A stretch of DNA of 64,000 nt from NCBI GenBank assembly GCA_951406725.2, contig OX597816.1, positions 132,990,001-133,054,000 on the forward strand, written 5' to 3'. Below are positions 43,962 to 56,777 of the stretch, piece after piece (positions within the stretch are counted from its first letter, which is position 1; each line of letters starts with the position of its first letter). The notes beneath the pieces are model-generated. The model saw only the letters and a list, made by a program, of their open reading frames with translations, made no database searches and had not been told where the DNA came from. The stretch comes from Octopus vulgaris. Lineage: Eukaryota. Both the position numbers and the translations under genes were made by a program.

Positions 43962-44255
43962 ATACACACACACATGGCACTAACACTGCCAGGTTTACCA
44001 AATAACTTGCAAGACAAAGCCTATTGTATATATATTTGTGTGTGTGTGTGTGTGTCCATGTGCATGTGTGTGCATGTGCATGTGTGTGTGTGTGTGTGTG
44101 TGTTTCCCCAGTTACTATTTGAGAACTGAAATTCAGTAAAATTATAATTTCGTCAGATTGATATATTCTTCAAATTGTTTCACACAATTTGAGTAATCCA
44201 CAATCATGTCAAAACTTGAAAGTGACTGTCAATTAAATTATAATGCAGCATTGAA

Positions 44256-44540
44256 AGCACGTGGATTAGCAGTTAAGGCATTTGGCTCATGATTGTAAGG
44301 TCATGAGTTCAATTCCCGGCGACGCATTGCTTTAGTCCACTCGGTAAAGATGAATTGTACCTGTATTTCAAAGGGCCGGCCTTGTCACACTCTGTGTCAC
44401 GCTGAATCTCCTTGCAAACTACGTTAAGGGTACACGTGTTTGTGAAATGCTCAGTCACTTGCATGTTAAATTTCACGAGCAAGCTATTCCGTTGATTGTA
44501 TCAGCTGGGATCCTTGTCGTCGTAACTGACGGAGTGCTCC
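44256..44540 (+). mobile_element. tRNA-derived SINE (family B-related)
   Basis: gcacgtggattagcagttaagg...gagttcaattccc head. Confidence 0.6.
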
Positions 44541-45899
44541 TTAATGCAGCATTATAATAGATGGTATTTGCTGTCGGGGGTCATTTAGCTTAATGGTACA
44601 GACTCAACTGGAATTTGAGAAGTTCAAGGTCCAGTGCTCTGTAGCAGCTTGCTGGCCACTTTTTTCCCCTCTTCTAATGGAATTTTCGCAATATTCTAAG
44701 CTGTTTTCACAGTTATTCCATGTTCAAGAGTTACTTTATTGTATGTATGTCTCCACTATATATAAATCATCATCATTGTTTAACCTCTGCTGTTCATGTT
44801 AGCATGGATTGAATGGATTGACAGGAGCTGGCCAGACAGAAGACTGCACCAGACTTCTGTGTCTGTTTTGGCATGGTTTTTATGGCTGGATGGCCTTCCT
44901 AACACCAACCACCCAACAGAGTGGGCAGGGTGCTTTTTACATGGCACAAGCAAAGGCAAAATCAGTTTTGGCATAGTCTTTACAGCTGAATACCCTTCCA
45001 AACTGTGATCACTTTACAGTGTAGACTGCATGCTTTTTACATGGCACCAACACTAGCAGGGTCACCAAATAACTTGCAAGACAAAGATTCTTTGAGAGGA
45101 GAGGGGTCATTGGAGGAAGGGATCTTGTGTCAGATGGTGAAAGATTCGAAAGTGGCAGAGAGACAGAGAGGCAGAAACAGGTGGGAGACGCAGAAATAAC
45201 AAGAGTGCTAGTGAGAGCAGGAGAGCAATGGTGGTGAAGTGCAGGAGCATATTCACAAGGAATGGGGATCAGAAGATAAATGATAGAGTAGAAGAAGAGA
45301 GAGGTAGATGGTGGTAAGTGTCATGGATAAATTATTATGGGCCTCTAGATGTAACTATACTAGGGTTTGTCTGCTGGATTACTGACCCAAAATGTGACAG
45401 TTTGATACTGCCCAGGAGCATTTAGCTTCGTATGAAGGCAAAGCATTACTTGAGAGAAGAACCTAAGGCTCTGCCTTCTTATAAGCACTATGCTCTGGAC
45501 CCATACAAAACTTAAGCTCACTGTCTCTTCTAAATACAAGAGAATAAATCAGGTATAAACACACAGGGTTCAATACAGATGTGATGAGATAAATAAGGAT
45601 CCTGCTTTTGCACAAGATATATTCAACAGTTTTGATGCATATTGAAGTAAAATATACCCCAAAAACTTTGTTCTTAAAATATGTGTATATAAATTTTTCT
45701 ATGAGGGTTGTTTAAGTCCTACTACTTAGCTTCTGTTTCATGATGCAAAGTGAATGAAAATTCTTCTTCTGGGCAGAGTGTCCTCTGAACCAATGTTAGA
45801 TGGAATCTGAAACCCCAAAATTACCACGAAGCATCTATAGTGAATTTAAAACATTTGACCAACACAGCAGAATTGAGATCCTAAAACCAAGATGTCACA

Positions 45900-46142
45900 T
45901 AAAAAGTATTGGTGTGGGTACTAGCACCACATAAAAAGCACTGGCAGAGGTGCCATGTAAAAAGCACTGAGTACACTTTGTAAAGTGGTTGGTGTTAGGA
46001 AGGGCATTCAGTCACAGAAACCAAATCAAAACAAACTATGGAATATGGTGTGGCCCCTGGCTTTGCCAGTTCCTGTGAAGCAATCCAACCCACACCAGCA
46101 TGGAAAACGGATATTGAATGTTGATGATGAAGAGGATGATGA
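45900..46142 (+). mobile_element. RTE-tail element
   Basis: gtggttggtgttaggaagggcattc...ccaacccacaccagcatggaaaacgg...(GAT)n. Confidence 0.6.
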
Positions 46143-46409
46143 CCATTCAATCATTTCACCTTGATGTCCTTGCATGACAAGTCCAATGTGAGAAAGTTTT
46201 TTGCCCTTCAGCCCACGTAAACTTAATTCATTCCTCAGTTTATCTTCACTATCACCACCACCACCACCACCACTGGGGCCTCACAGAGTCCTCTCTATAA
46301 TAAATATTCATCTCTTGTCTGAGCATAACATTTTGATATACATACATGCATACATACGTACGTACATACATACATACATACGTACGTACATACATACATA
46401 CATACATAC

Positions 46410-46440
<31 letters not shown>

Positions 46441-46457
46441 CTACATACATACATACA

Positions 46458-46542
<85 letters not shown>

Positions 46543-46545
46543 TAA

Positions 46546-46577
<32 letters not shown>

Positions 46578-47391
46578 CATACACACACACACACACACAT
46601 GGATGTATGCATGTATGTATACAAGCAGCAACAAAATGAAGATACAGCTTCAATGGCAAGGCCAACTAAGATGGCTACAGACTTTGGTCTGAGATTGGAT
46701 ACCTGTGTAGCTTATCACTATTTCAATAACATGACTTGAAATATAAGAAGCATTGTAAGATGCATTCCTGCTTCTTACTGTGGCAAAATGTACTTATTTA
46801 TAGTACATGTTTACAGTTGAATGGATGGAGCAAGTGAGAATTAAGTGATTGGCCATGGCCAATGACAAGTTTTACAGAGGAAACAAAACAGGAGGAAAAA
46901 AAAGGCTATTTTGCTTTTGTAAATAAGGGTTTATAATTAAGAAGAGTAATCTTTTGAAAAAATAAATCACATGACTTTTAGCAATTTTTGCAAATGCATG
47001 GATTATATATTGTATATAAATATATAACGATATATATTATATTGAACTATATAACTAAATTTGTTATATATAAATATGTAACTACAAATGCTATATATAC
47101 CAACATGAGTTATATGAATATAATTCATGTGAGTATAGAATTTTGAAGAAAAGGATGATATAAAAATTGAAAAATTACAAGTAGTCTTAGTAGCATGAGG
47201 GTTATTCCACCCCCTCTTTTTTATCGTTTTTGTGTGGGAGTATAATTTCTCTCTTTATGTATGGCATCAAATAAACGTTTGCATGTTAATCTATAAATAT
47301 TCATCAATATTCATCACGCATAAATAATTGTGCATCTATATATCTATCTATTTGATATATATGTGTGTGTTTGTGTGTATATGTATGTATA

Positions 47392-47459
<68 letters not shown>

Positions 47460-47488
47460 TGGATAGATAGATTGATAGCTAGCTACAT

Positions 47489-47528
<40 letters not shown>

Positions 47529-48037
47529 GCACATTTATTTATGCATTTAAGACAGATGTAGATATATACATATATGCTTGTGTGTCTGATAATGTACAGG
47601 CGTCTGTGTTTGCCTACATAACGTCTGTACACATGAATGACACTTGAGCAAGCAGAAATGACCTTCAACTATCTCTTATACAAAGTGACCAGGCTGCTAG
47701 TGTATCCAATAAGAATGTGTTCCTACAGGTACATCTATATAAATATATCTTCATTACCATGTGATGTAGAAATCTCTGGATAACACCGAAATCCTACCAC
47801 TCACAGGAAAAATATTCTTCTAATAATTCCATTTTACAAATTTTAGTTATAAATGAAATCTTTATTGGATGTCTCAGTATTATGATTTCAGAAAGAATAA
47901 AGCATATATAATTAGTCTTTAAACATGTTATTTATTCTCTGAAAGTCTCTTGTCTCCTAAAGACACCCACTCATATATATAAATTTACACCTACACAGAC
48001 ACTTATATATTTATATATATATTATATGCATATACAT

Positions 48038-48097
<60 letters not shown>

Positions 48098-48126
48098 CAA
48101 ACACACTACAGACACATATATGTATA

Positions 48127-48184
<58 letters not shown>

Positions 48185-48400
48185 TGTGTATATGTATGTG
48201 TGTATGTATATATATATGTATATATGTGTGTATGTATGTCTATATATATGTGTGTGTGTGTGTGTGTATAATTAGAAAAATATTGCATACCTATATATGA
48301 TATAGATAGACTAATAAATAGAAAGAGTGGTAGATAGATAGATAGACAGACAGACAGACAAACAAACAGACAGACAGTTAGATAGATAGATATATAGATT

Positions 48401-48487
<87 letters not shown>

Positions 48488-48941
48488 GCTGATTTTCTTA
48501 AAAGTATTATAGTAAGACAGTTGTAGATGAAATTCTGAATTGTATAACAAATCTATTTTACGAATTATAAAGATTGCTTCACTAAAAATACTTTCAGAGC
48601 TTAATTAATTCTATTTTTTCTCTGTTTACTATAAATAGACTTAAATTGAATATATGTCTGACTGAAAGCGTGTGACTGTATACATAGTAGGTATGTAATC
48701 ATCGATTGTATATGCATGTAGATGTGTGCAAACATGTGTGAGTGCCTATGTGCATAAATATATACATGTATACATGTATGTATTAAAAAACCATGAGAAG
48801 TCTCACAATCCAGTAAATGCAATGTTCCCCTACACATGCATGTTTAGATATATACCTGAACACACATACATGCAAGTATATACACATGTGTGTGTGTATG
48901 TGTGTATGTATATCTCTGTCTACCTATCTATTTATCTATCA

Positions 48942-48996
<55 letters not shown>

Positions 48997-49032
48997 AATC
49001 TATCTATTTATCTCTCTGTGTCTCTGTCTCTC

Positions 49033-49070
<38 letters not shown>

Positions 49071-49727
49071 CATACAAACATATATATATATATATGTATA
49101 TATATATGTATATATGATATATATATATATACATATATATATATATGTGTGTGTGTATGTGTGTGTGTATGTATATATATTCACAAATACAAAAGGATAT
49201 CTAGGCATAAAGATGTGCACACACATGCACATGCACACACACATATACATGCATATACACACATTTATATAAGTATGTATGTGCGTGCATGTATGTATGT
49301 ATGTATGTATGTATGTATGTATGTATGTATGTATGTATGTATGTATGTATGGTCCAGTACACTTACCTTCAGAATATTTTGTAAGTTATCCAAGAATATC
49401 TTAACATATAAACAATAATTTACATATATTTAATACCCACCCACACATTCACCAACATATATACACCTCCTAAAGCACATACACATTTACATACATACAA
49501 AAATATATTATAATGATATATCTATTCCATACGGCTGTGCTATTTTTAGCCCTTCTTGTAAATTATTTTTTCAATCCGAGTGTATCATTAAATTCTGTTT
49601 AAAGTGTAATACAAAAATGCTAATGTTTGATCATGTGCACAGAAAGACAGTTATGCAGAAATGCCTACCTGTGTGGATATGTTCATAAGCACAAACGTAC
49701 ATACATACTCACACACATGAATTTATG

Positions 49728-49817
<90 letters not shown>

Positions 49818-49860
49818 GATAGATAGATAGATATGTATATGTATGTGCTTACATATGAAC

Positions 49861-49891
<31 letters not shown>

Positions 49892-49947
49892 TACATATAT
49901 ATATATGTATGTATGTATATGTATGTATATATATGTGTGTATGTGTG

Positions 49948-49995
<48 letters not shown>

Positions 49996-50028
49996 ATAAG
50001 TATGTATTTATATATACATATACATATC

Positions 50029-50061
<33 letters not shown>

Positions 50062-50180
50062 CTCTATGTATGTATGTATGTATGTATGTATGTATGTATG
50101 TATGTATGTATGTATGTATGTATATATGTATAATCTGTGTATGTGCATGAGTCGCACCCAAAATTATGTATGTATATATA

Positions 50181-50383
50181 CAAGGGGGTGCTGAAAAGTT
50201 CCTGGTTTTAAGGGTATTGCAAAAGGCCTGGCTTTCCAAGTTCTTTTACAGGGCTTAGAAAACCTGAAGGACTGCTGTAATAAGTGTGTGAATCTGAGAG
50301 GGGAACATGTTGAATAAAATCATAATTAACTGATCCTCCTGAATTTTCTTCTACCCAAAGCCAGGAACTTTCAGCTCCACCTC

Positions 50384-50386
<3 letters not shown>
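50181..50386 (+). mobile_element. Mariner-derived MITE
   Basis: TA-flanked TIRs caagggggtgctgaaaagttcctgg / ccaggaactttcagctccacctcatg; internal LQGLENLKDCCNKCVNLRGEHVE* resembles a mariner C-terminus. Confidence 0.8.
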
Positions 50387-50427
<41 letters not shown>

Positions 50428-50799
50428 ACACATACATACATATAAATATATACCAATGTCACTGCAAAAGTTTTGATACAATTGACATTTGAATGAAATA
50501 AAAGCTGTGCATCTCCTTTCTCTCACATTCCTTTTAATTTTATTATGTAGAATTTATGGCATGTATGTGTTCACATTTACATACACTATTAGATGCATCA
50601 CACACTGACATGCATTTATATATGCTTACATAAGCATAGACAGGTGAATATATGAATTTGTATATCCTTATATAAAGTACATAGGTGTATATATGAAGAA
50701 TTTGTATATGCTTATATAAGCATTGATAGGTGTATATTTGAAATAGATATTGACTATCATGTAGACAAATTCTCTTTACAATGTAACCTAAGAAATAAA

Positions 50800-50872
<73 letters not shown>

Positions 50873-50873
50873 G

Positions 50874-50905
<32 letters not shown>

Positions 50906-51054
50906 ATCTATGTTTCAAGAGATATATTTTTTGTTATATTCATATATGTATTTACATACGTAAATTTATATGCATCGTGAGATTTCTCCATATATGTATA
51001 TATGCATGTATATAAAAAATTATGTATCTGTTTGTATATGTGTATGTATATATA

Positions 51055-51103
<49 letters not shown>

Positions 51104-51122
51104 CATAGATATATGTACATAC

Positions 51123-51206
<84 letters not shown>

Positions 51207-52423
51207 ATATATATACACACACACACGCACATATATTGTGTGGTTGATTCACAGTGTAAAATTATAAAACAAAAGATGAATTAGATGACATACTTGACTG
51301 ATTTGCCGCCTTGCTCTCCAAAACTCTTCACTGGCTTTCTTTTCCACCTCTTACAGACCACACTTTCTTGTCTCTCTTTCTTGAGAAAATTCCTCCTATT
51401 TTCAGTAGATCTATACTTCCTGTTATTCTTTCACGTGTACAATCATTTACTCATTCCTCATCAGTCGTTTTAACACTCCTCTCCTCCACAGATTTCCCTC
51501 TCCCACATCTTTGGACTCTCCTTATTACTCTTGCCAATGCCTTTCTCTCTCATTCTTTCTCTCTCTCTCTCTTTTCACTTTTCATCTTTCTTATAATCAC
51601 CCCTCTCTCACTTTTTCTCTCATTCAGAGCTCTCAACTCTTACTTCCTCTTTCTCTCTTTCTTTTTATTTTCACATTTTCTCTCCTTTACACTCTTTTTT
51701 CTTTCTCTCCTTTTTTCTCTCTATACTTCTTCATCTCTCACACTGTTTTGCACTTAGATTTTTCTCCTTTAAAGTGTTTCTTCTTTACCTTTTTCTTTCT
51801 TTAAAATAACAAAAGAAAGATGGTCAGCTTCCTACCTTGCTTAAGATTGCTTTCCTTGTTTATATTTTCCTCTTTGGGGGTAGTTTTTCACCACAATTTT
51901 CTGATGTGTCTCTCCCGGTTCACCTTGATCCTATTGTTCTCAATATCCTCTCTCTTCCTCTTTCTCTCCCAATTATTTGGTTTGCAGAAGAGAGGAATGC
52001 ACTATCCACTATTCCAGTATTGGCAGGCGCAGTGATGGTTGCAGCACCAGCAACAGTTGCAGCAACATTGACAACACTAAGAGCAAGACCAGTAATAGTT
52101 GCAGCAGCAGCAGCAGCAATGGAGGTAGTAGTAGTAGTAGTGGTGGTGGTATTGTAGCCAGGGACAATGCTGCTGATGGACTCATGGATAACACAACATG
52201 TAGGCGGATGTGCTACTAATTTTACGGCTATATATACTCTACTTTCGATAATGAATTATATTAGTTTTCAGTATATATACATGTACATGTGCATGTATAA
52301 ACACACACACACACACAGAGGCATGGACATTTACATACACATATAACTATATACATACATATATATATATGTATGTACATATATATGTATATATGTATAT
52401 ATATATATATATATATATGAATG

Positions 52424-53086
<663 letters not shown>

Positions 53087-53207
53087 TATATATCTCATAC
53101 ATGCGAACACATACACACAGGCACATGTGTATATATATGTATATATATATATGTATACATTCATATATATATGTATATATAAATATATATGTATATATGT
53201 ATATATA

Positions 53208-53240
<33 letters not shown>

Positions 53241-53567
53241 ATATAAATATATATGTGTGTATATATATACATACATATATATAAATATATATGTATATAT
53301 ATGTATATATACATATATATATATATTTTATATACATATATATATTTGTGTGTGTATATATATATGTATGTATATATATATATGTATATATATGTATATA
53401 TATATGTGTGTATATATATATATATATATAGGAGATGTCCTCGCATAGCAAGTAATTTGATCTGAGATCGTGTGCTGAAACGAAAACAATTGCAGCATTG
53501 AAGGTGTTTATAAGCCATTTAAGAAACACACAAAAGCCGTTCGATTCACTTCAACATTTAAGTTTAA

Positions 53568-53617
53568 TTTGTCAAAATATTTTCGTCGCTAAAATCCGTG
53601 ACCTGTTCACTGACAAA
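53568..53617 (-). ncRNA. Hammerhead-like ribozyme, G3-C8 core variant (left arm)
   Basis: Minus strand: tttgtca-GTGAACA-g-gtcac(ggatttta)gcgac-GAAA-atat-TT-tgacaaa. Confidence 0.6.
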
Positions 53618-53639
53618 AATCCGTGCTGCATCTCGGATT

Positions 53640-53689
53640 TTTGTCAGTGAACAGGTCGCGGATTTTATCAACGAAAATATTTTGACAAA
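53640..53689 (+). ncRNA. Hammerhead-like ribozyme, G3-C8 core variant (right arm)
   Basis: tttgtca-GTGAACA-g-gtcgc(ggatttta)tcaac-GAAA-atat-TT-tgacaaa. Confidence 0.55.
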
Positions 53690-53771
53690 TTAAACTTAAA
53701 TGTTGAAGTGAATCGAACGGCTTTTGTGTGTTTCTTAAATGGCTTATAAACACCTTCCACGCTGCAATTGC

Positions 53772-53803
<32 letters not shown>

Positions 53804-53924
53804 ATATATATATGAATGTGTGTGTGTATATATATATATAATTCAAATTTACAGAAAACAGATGAAGACAGGTAAGGGAACAGCATACAGGTGTATTGGC
53901 TTGACTCTTGGGAAGAATGGAGAC

Positions 53925-53963
53925 GTCTTTGATGTTTCAAGCCTAAGCTTTTTAACAGAAAGG
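53925..53963 (-). ncRNA. Decayed hammerhead-like motif, same family as 1756, within repeat ~53841-54055
   Basis: Minus strand: cttt-CTGTTAA-a-aagc(ttag)gctt-GAAA-c-ATC-aaag. Confidence 0.35.
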
Positions 53964-54217
53964 ATTGAGAGGGAAAAAAATGGTGTGAGAATGAAAACAT
54001 GAAAAAAGAGAAAAAATGTGTGTAGAGATTAATGATTCAACATGATGAAATGACCTTATATATATTTGTATATATATGACTTACGTATATACCATTATGC
54101 CTAAAAAATGGATCTACAAATTCAATATCCCTACATATCTCACATCTGTTTTCTTTCCTCCACCTCACTCTCTATTTTGTATCCTATCTAAATTAACTAT
54201 TAACCATCCTCTCACAC

Positions 54218-54271
54218 CATCTCCGATGAAGGAATATAATTAATAAATATCCTGGAAACAGCTGTAAGACC
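54218..54271 (+). ncRNA. Minimal type I hammerhead, U4C mutated copy
   Basis: tct-CCGATGA-aggaatat...atatcctg-GAAA-c(agct)g-TA-aga; paralog of 56688. Confidence 0.6.
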
Positions 54272-54492
54272 TTCTATCTATAAATGTTCTAATATCTACA
54301 CAGCCTTGGTTTTTTACCTCATTACACAAAAAATTCTTATATATACATGCTGACATATGACCAACATTGAACCCTTTATTTGCAAAATCACTGAACCTGG
54401 AACTTAACTATGGTCTGTCTATAGCACTTATTCAGCATTACCTGACACCTTTGGGTCTCAATGACACCATTACCTCTTATAACCTCAATATG

Positions 54493-54523
<31 letters not shown>

Positions 54524-55015
54524 GGGGGGAGGGGGAGAGAGAGAGACAGAGAGAGAGATAAACTTACTTGGAAATGGATGCGTGGCATTCAATCAAATAA
54601 TAATATAAATAAGATATATATATATATATATATACAGGTGCATCCTAGAAATTTTTCAAAGAGAGGGCACAAGGTCAGAAGGGAATACAATTCCAGGAAA
54701 AAGGGGCATAATAACATTATCTAGAAGGGTGCACTTCTTTTCTTGAGGAGGCATGTGCTCCTCAAGGCCACCTTTGAGGCCACCTCTGATATATATATAT
54801 ATGAGTAAGTGAACAAACAAAAGAAAGGGCACTCGACATATTTATTAGAAGTTTCATGTATTATTCAAAACAGTAGCCATCCTGGACTTCCTGTACCTCT
54901 CCATTCATTTTTGCCATTCCACAAGTCCAAGAAGACAGGCACTGTTAAGAACCTGTGAAATTTGAAGCAGCACAAAATCCAAATAAACTGTTTGAGATAA
55001 TATATATATATATAT

Positions 55016-55462
55016 ATGCAAAAATCAACATATTGAAAACTCTAGAGTGGCTAGTACCTAATTTCAGCATTGAAGTTATACAAATGCCAGAACTGGCTGT
55101 CATTGTATTGTACTCCATTTAAATTCCCCTCCATCTAAATTCTGGACCAAGTACTGCAATAGTCTGGGGTTTAAAGGACCACAGCTCTTCAATGTCATGC
55201 CACAAAAATTAAGAAATCTGCATAAGGTAAAGTAGATGTCTTCAAAAAGGAACTTGACATCCTCCTCTGTGCAATACCAGATGAACCAACTGCCCAGTAT
55301 GAGGTGCAGATGAAGGTAGTGGAATCAAAGTCCGTTATACACCAAATGTGTCAACAGCTGGGACAAAAGCACATACAAGACTGAGGAAATCAGAAAGACC
55401 ACGGTGGTGCTCCAGCATGACTGCAGCAGCATTGCTGAAATGAGTAAAAGAGTAAAAGAGCA
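55016..55462 (+). mobile_element. CR1-group LINE 3' end
   Basis: YCNSLGFKGPQLFNVMPQKLRNL / VDVFKKELDILLCAIPDEPT C-terminal pattern; tail ggtggtgctccagcatg...gagtaaaagagtaaaagag. Confidence 0.7.
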
Positions 55463-55476
55463 AAAGAGTATATATA

Positions 55477-55739
55477 TTCTTTTACTTGTTTCAGTTATTT
55501 CACTGTGGCCATGCTGGAGCACTACCTTAAAGGGTTATAGTTGAAGAAATTGATCCCAGGACTTATTCTTTGTAAGCCTAGTACTTATTCTATCAGTCTC
55601 TTTTGCTGAACTGCTAAGTTATGGGGACACACCAGCATCAGTTGCCAAGCAATGTATGTATATATTTGTGTGTGTGTGTGTGTTTGTCCCCCTGCCATTG
55701 CTTGGCAACTGATGCTGGTGCGTCCCCATAACTTACCAG

Positions 55740-55741
<2 letters not shown>
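55477..55741 (-). mobile_element. Family A SINE 3' half with a local inverted duplication
   Basis: Reverse family A tail; 55609-55654 is inverted at 55696-55741. Confidence 0.7.
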
Positions 55742-55784
<43 letters not shown>

Positions 55785-55885
55785 CTTGAGTACTCTAAAG
55801 GGCCAATCAAACAAGTCCATTTCTTTTTAAAGGTGTAGCGTTTGTAAGAGTATAGATTGAATTAATATATATGTTCCATTCTAGC

Positions 55886-55933
55886 AAAAACTGTCTGATG
55901 AACGGCAACGAGAAACTCAGAGTAACAGATTTT
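55886..55933 (+). ncRNA. Minimal type I hammerhead ribozyme
   Basis: aaaactgt-CTGATGA-a-cg(gcaa)cg-a-GAAA-ctc(a)gag-TA-acagatttt; canonical core; host repeat lies between two (TA)n tracts. Confidence 0.7.
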
Positions 55934-55967
55934 GTTGAATTTTCTGCTGCTTAAAATAAAGTATATA

Positions 55968-56071
<104 letters not shown>

Positions 56072-56078
56072 TATCTGA

Positions 56079-56330
56079 GGAGGCACGTGGCTTAGTGGTT
56101 AGGGTGTCAGCATCATGATCATAAAATTGTGGTTTTGATTCCTGGACCAAGGCAACGTGTTGTGTTCTTGAGTAAAACACTTCATTTCACGTTGCTCCAG
56201 TCCACTCAGCTGGCAAAAATGAGTAATGTTGCGATGGACTGGCATCCTGCCCAGCTGAGGAACACATACGTCATTGAAACTAGGAAAGTGTGCCCATGAG
56301 CCTGGCTAGGCTTTAAAAGGGCGCATTTAT
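56079..56330 (+). mobile_element. SINE family B
   Basis: ggaggcacgtggcttagtggttaggg head; gcgatggactggcatcctgcccag body. Confidence 0.75.
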
Positions 56331-56463
56331 TTATTATTTTTTATATACATATACTTGAGAATAAATTTTTCTTAGTGGTCAGAACATACGGGGTCTACAT
56401 TTAGCATATTGGATGTCTACTTAGTGGTCATCCCTATTTATGTATGTGTATATATCTATCTCA

Positions 56464-56499
<36 letters not shown>

Positions 56500-56500
56500 G

Positions 56501-56533
<33 letters not shown>

Positions 56534-56687
56534 AAGGTACAGAAAACTTACATATAAGCCATTCTGCTTAAATAATGGTACTGCAAGTACAATATCTTTA
56601 TGTATCTTACGTCTGTTTTCATTCCTCCACTTCACTCTGTATTTCATATCTTCTCTACAATAACTATTACTTAAACATTTTCTCGCA

Positions 56688-56738
56688 CTGTCTCTGATGA
56701 AGGGATATATAAAATATCACAGAAACAGCTGTAAGACT
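56688..56738 (+). ncRNA. Minimal type I hammerhead ribozyme (PLE type)
   Basis: gtct-CTGATGA-a-gggatat(ataaa)atatcac-a-GAAA-c(agct)g-TA-agac: canonical core, palindromic AGCT loop III, GUA cleavage site. Confidence 0.8.
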
Positions 56739-56777
56739 TTCTTGGATTTTTTATCGCATTCTGTTAATTTATACATA

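Larger units (their letters stand above)
53487..53770. repeat. Long palindrome (137-bp arms, 10-nt loop), probable inverted PLE-type terminal repeat
   Basis: 53487-53623 is the reverse complement of 53634-53770 with few mismatches; bounded by (TA)n-rich tracts. Confidence 0.9.

Noticed and set aside
54635-54788. TA-flanked GC-richer island with a cttgaggag/ctcctcaag hairpin, possible MITE
   Set aside because: Terminal inverted repeats too weak to call
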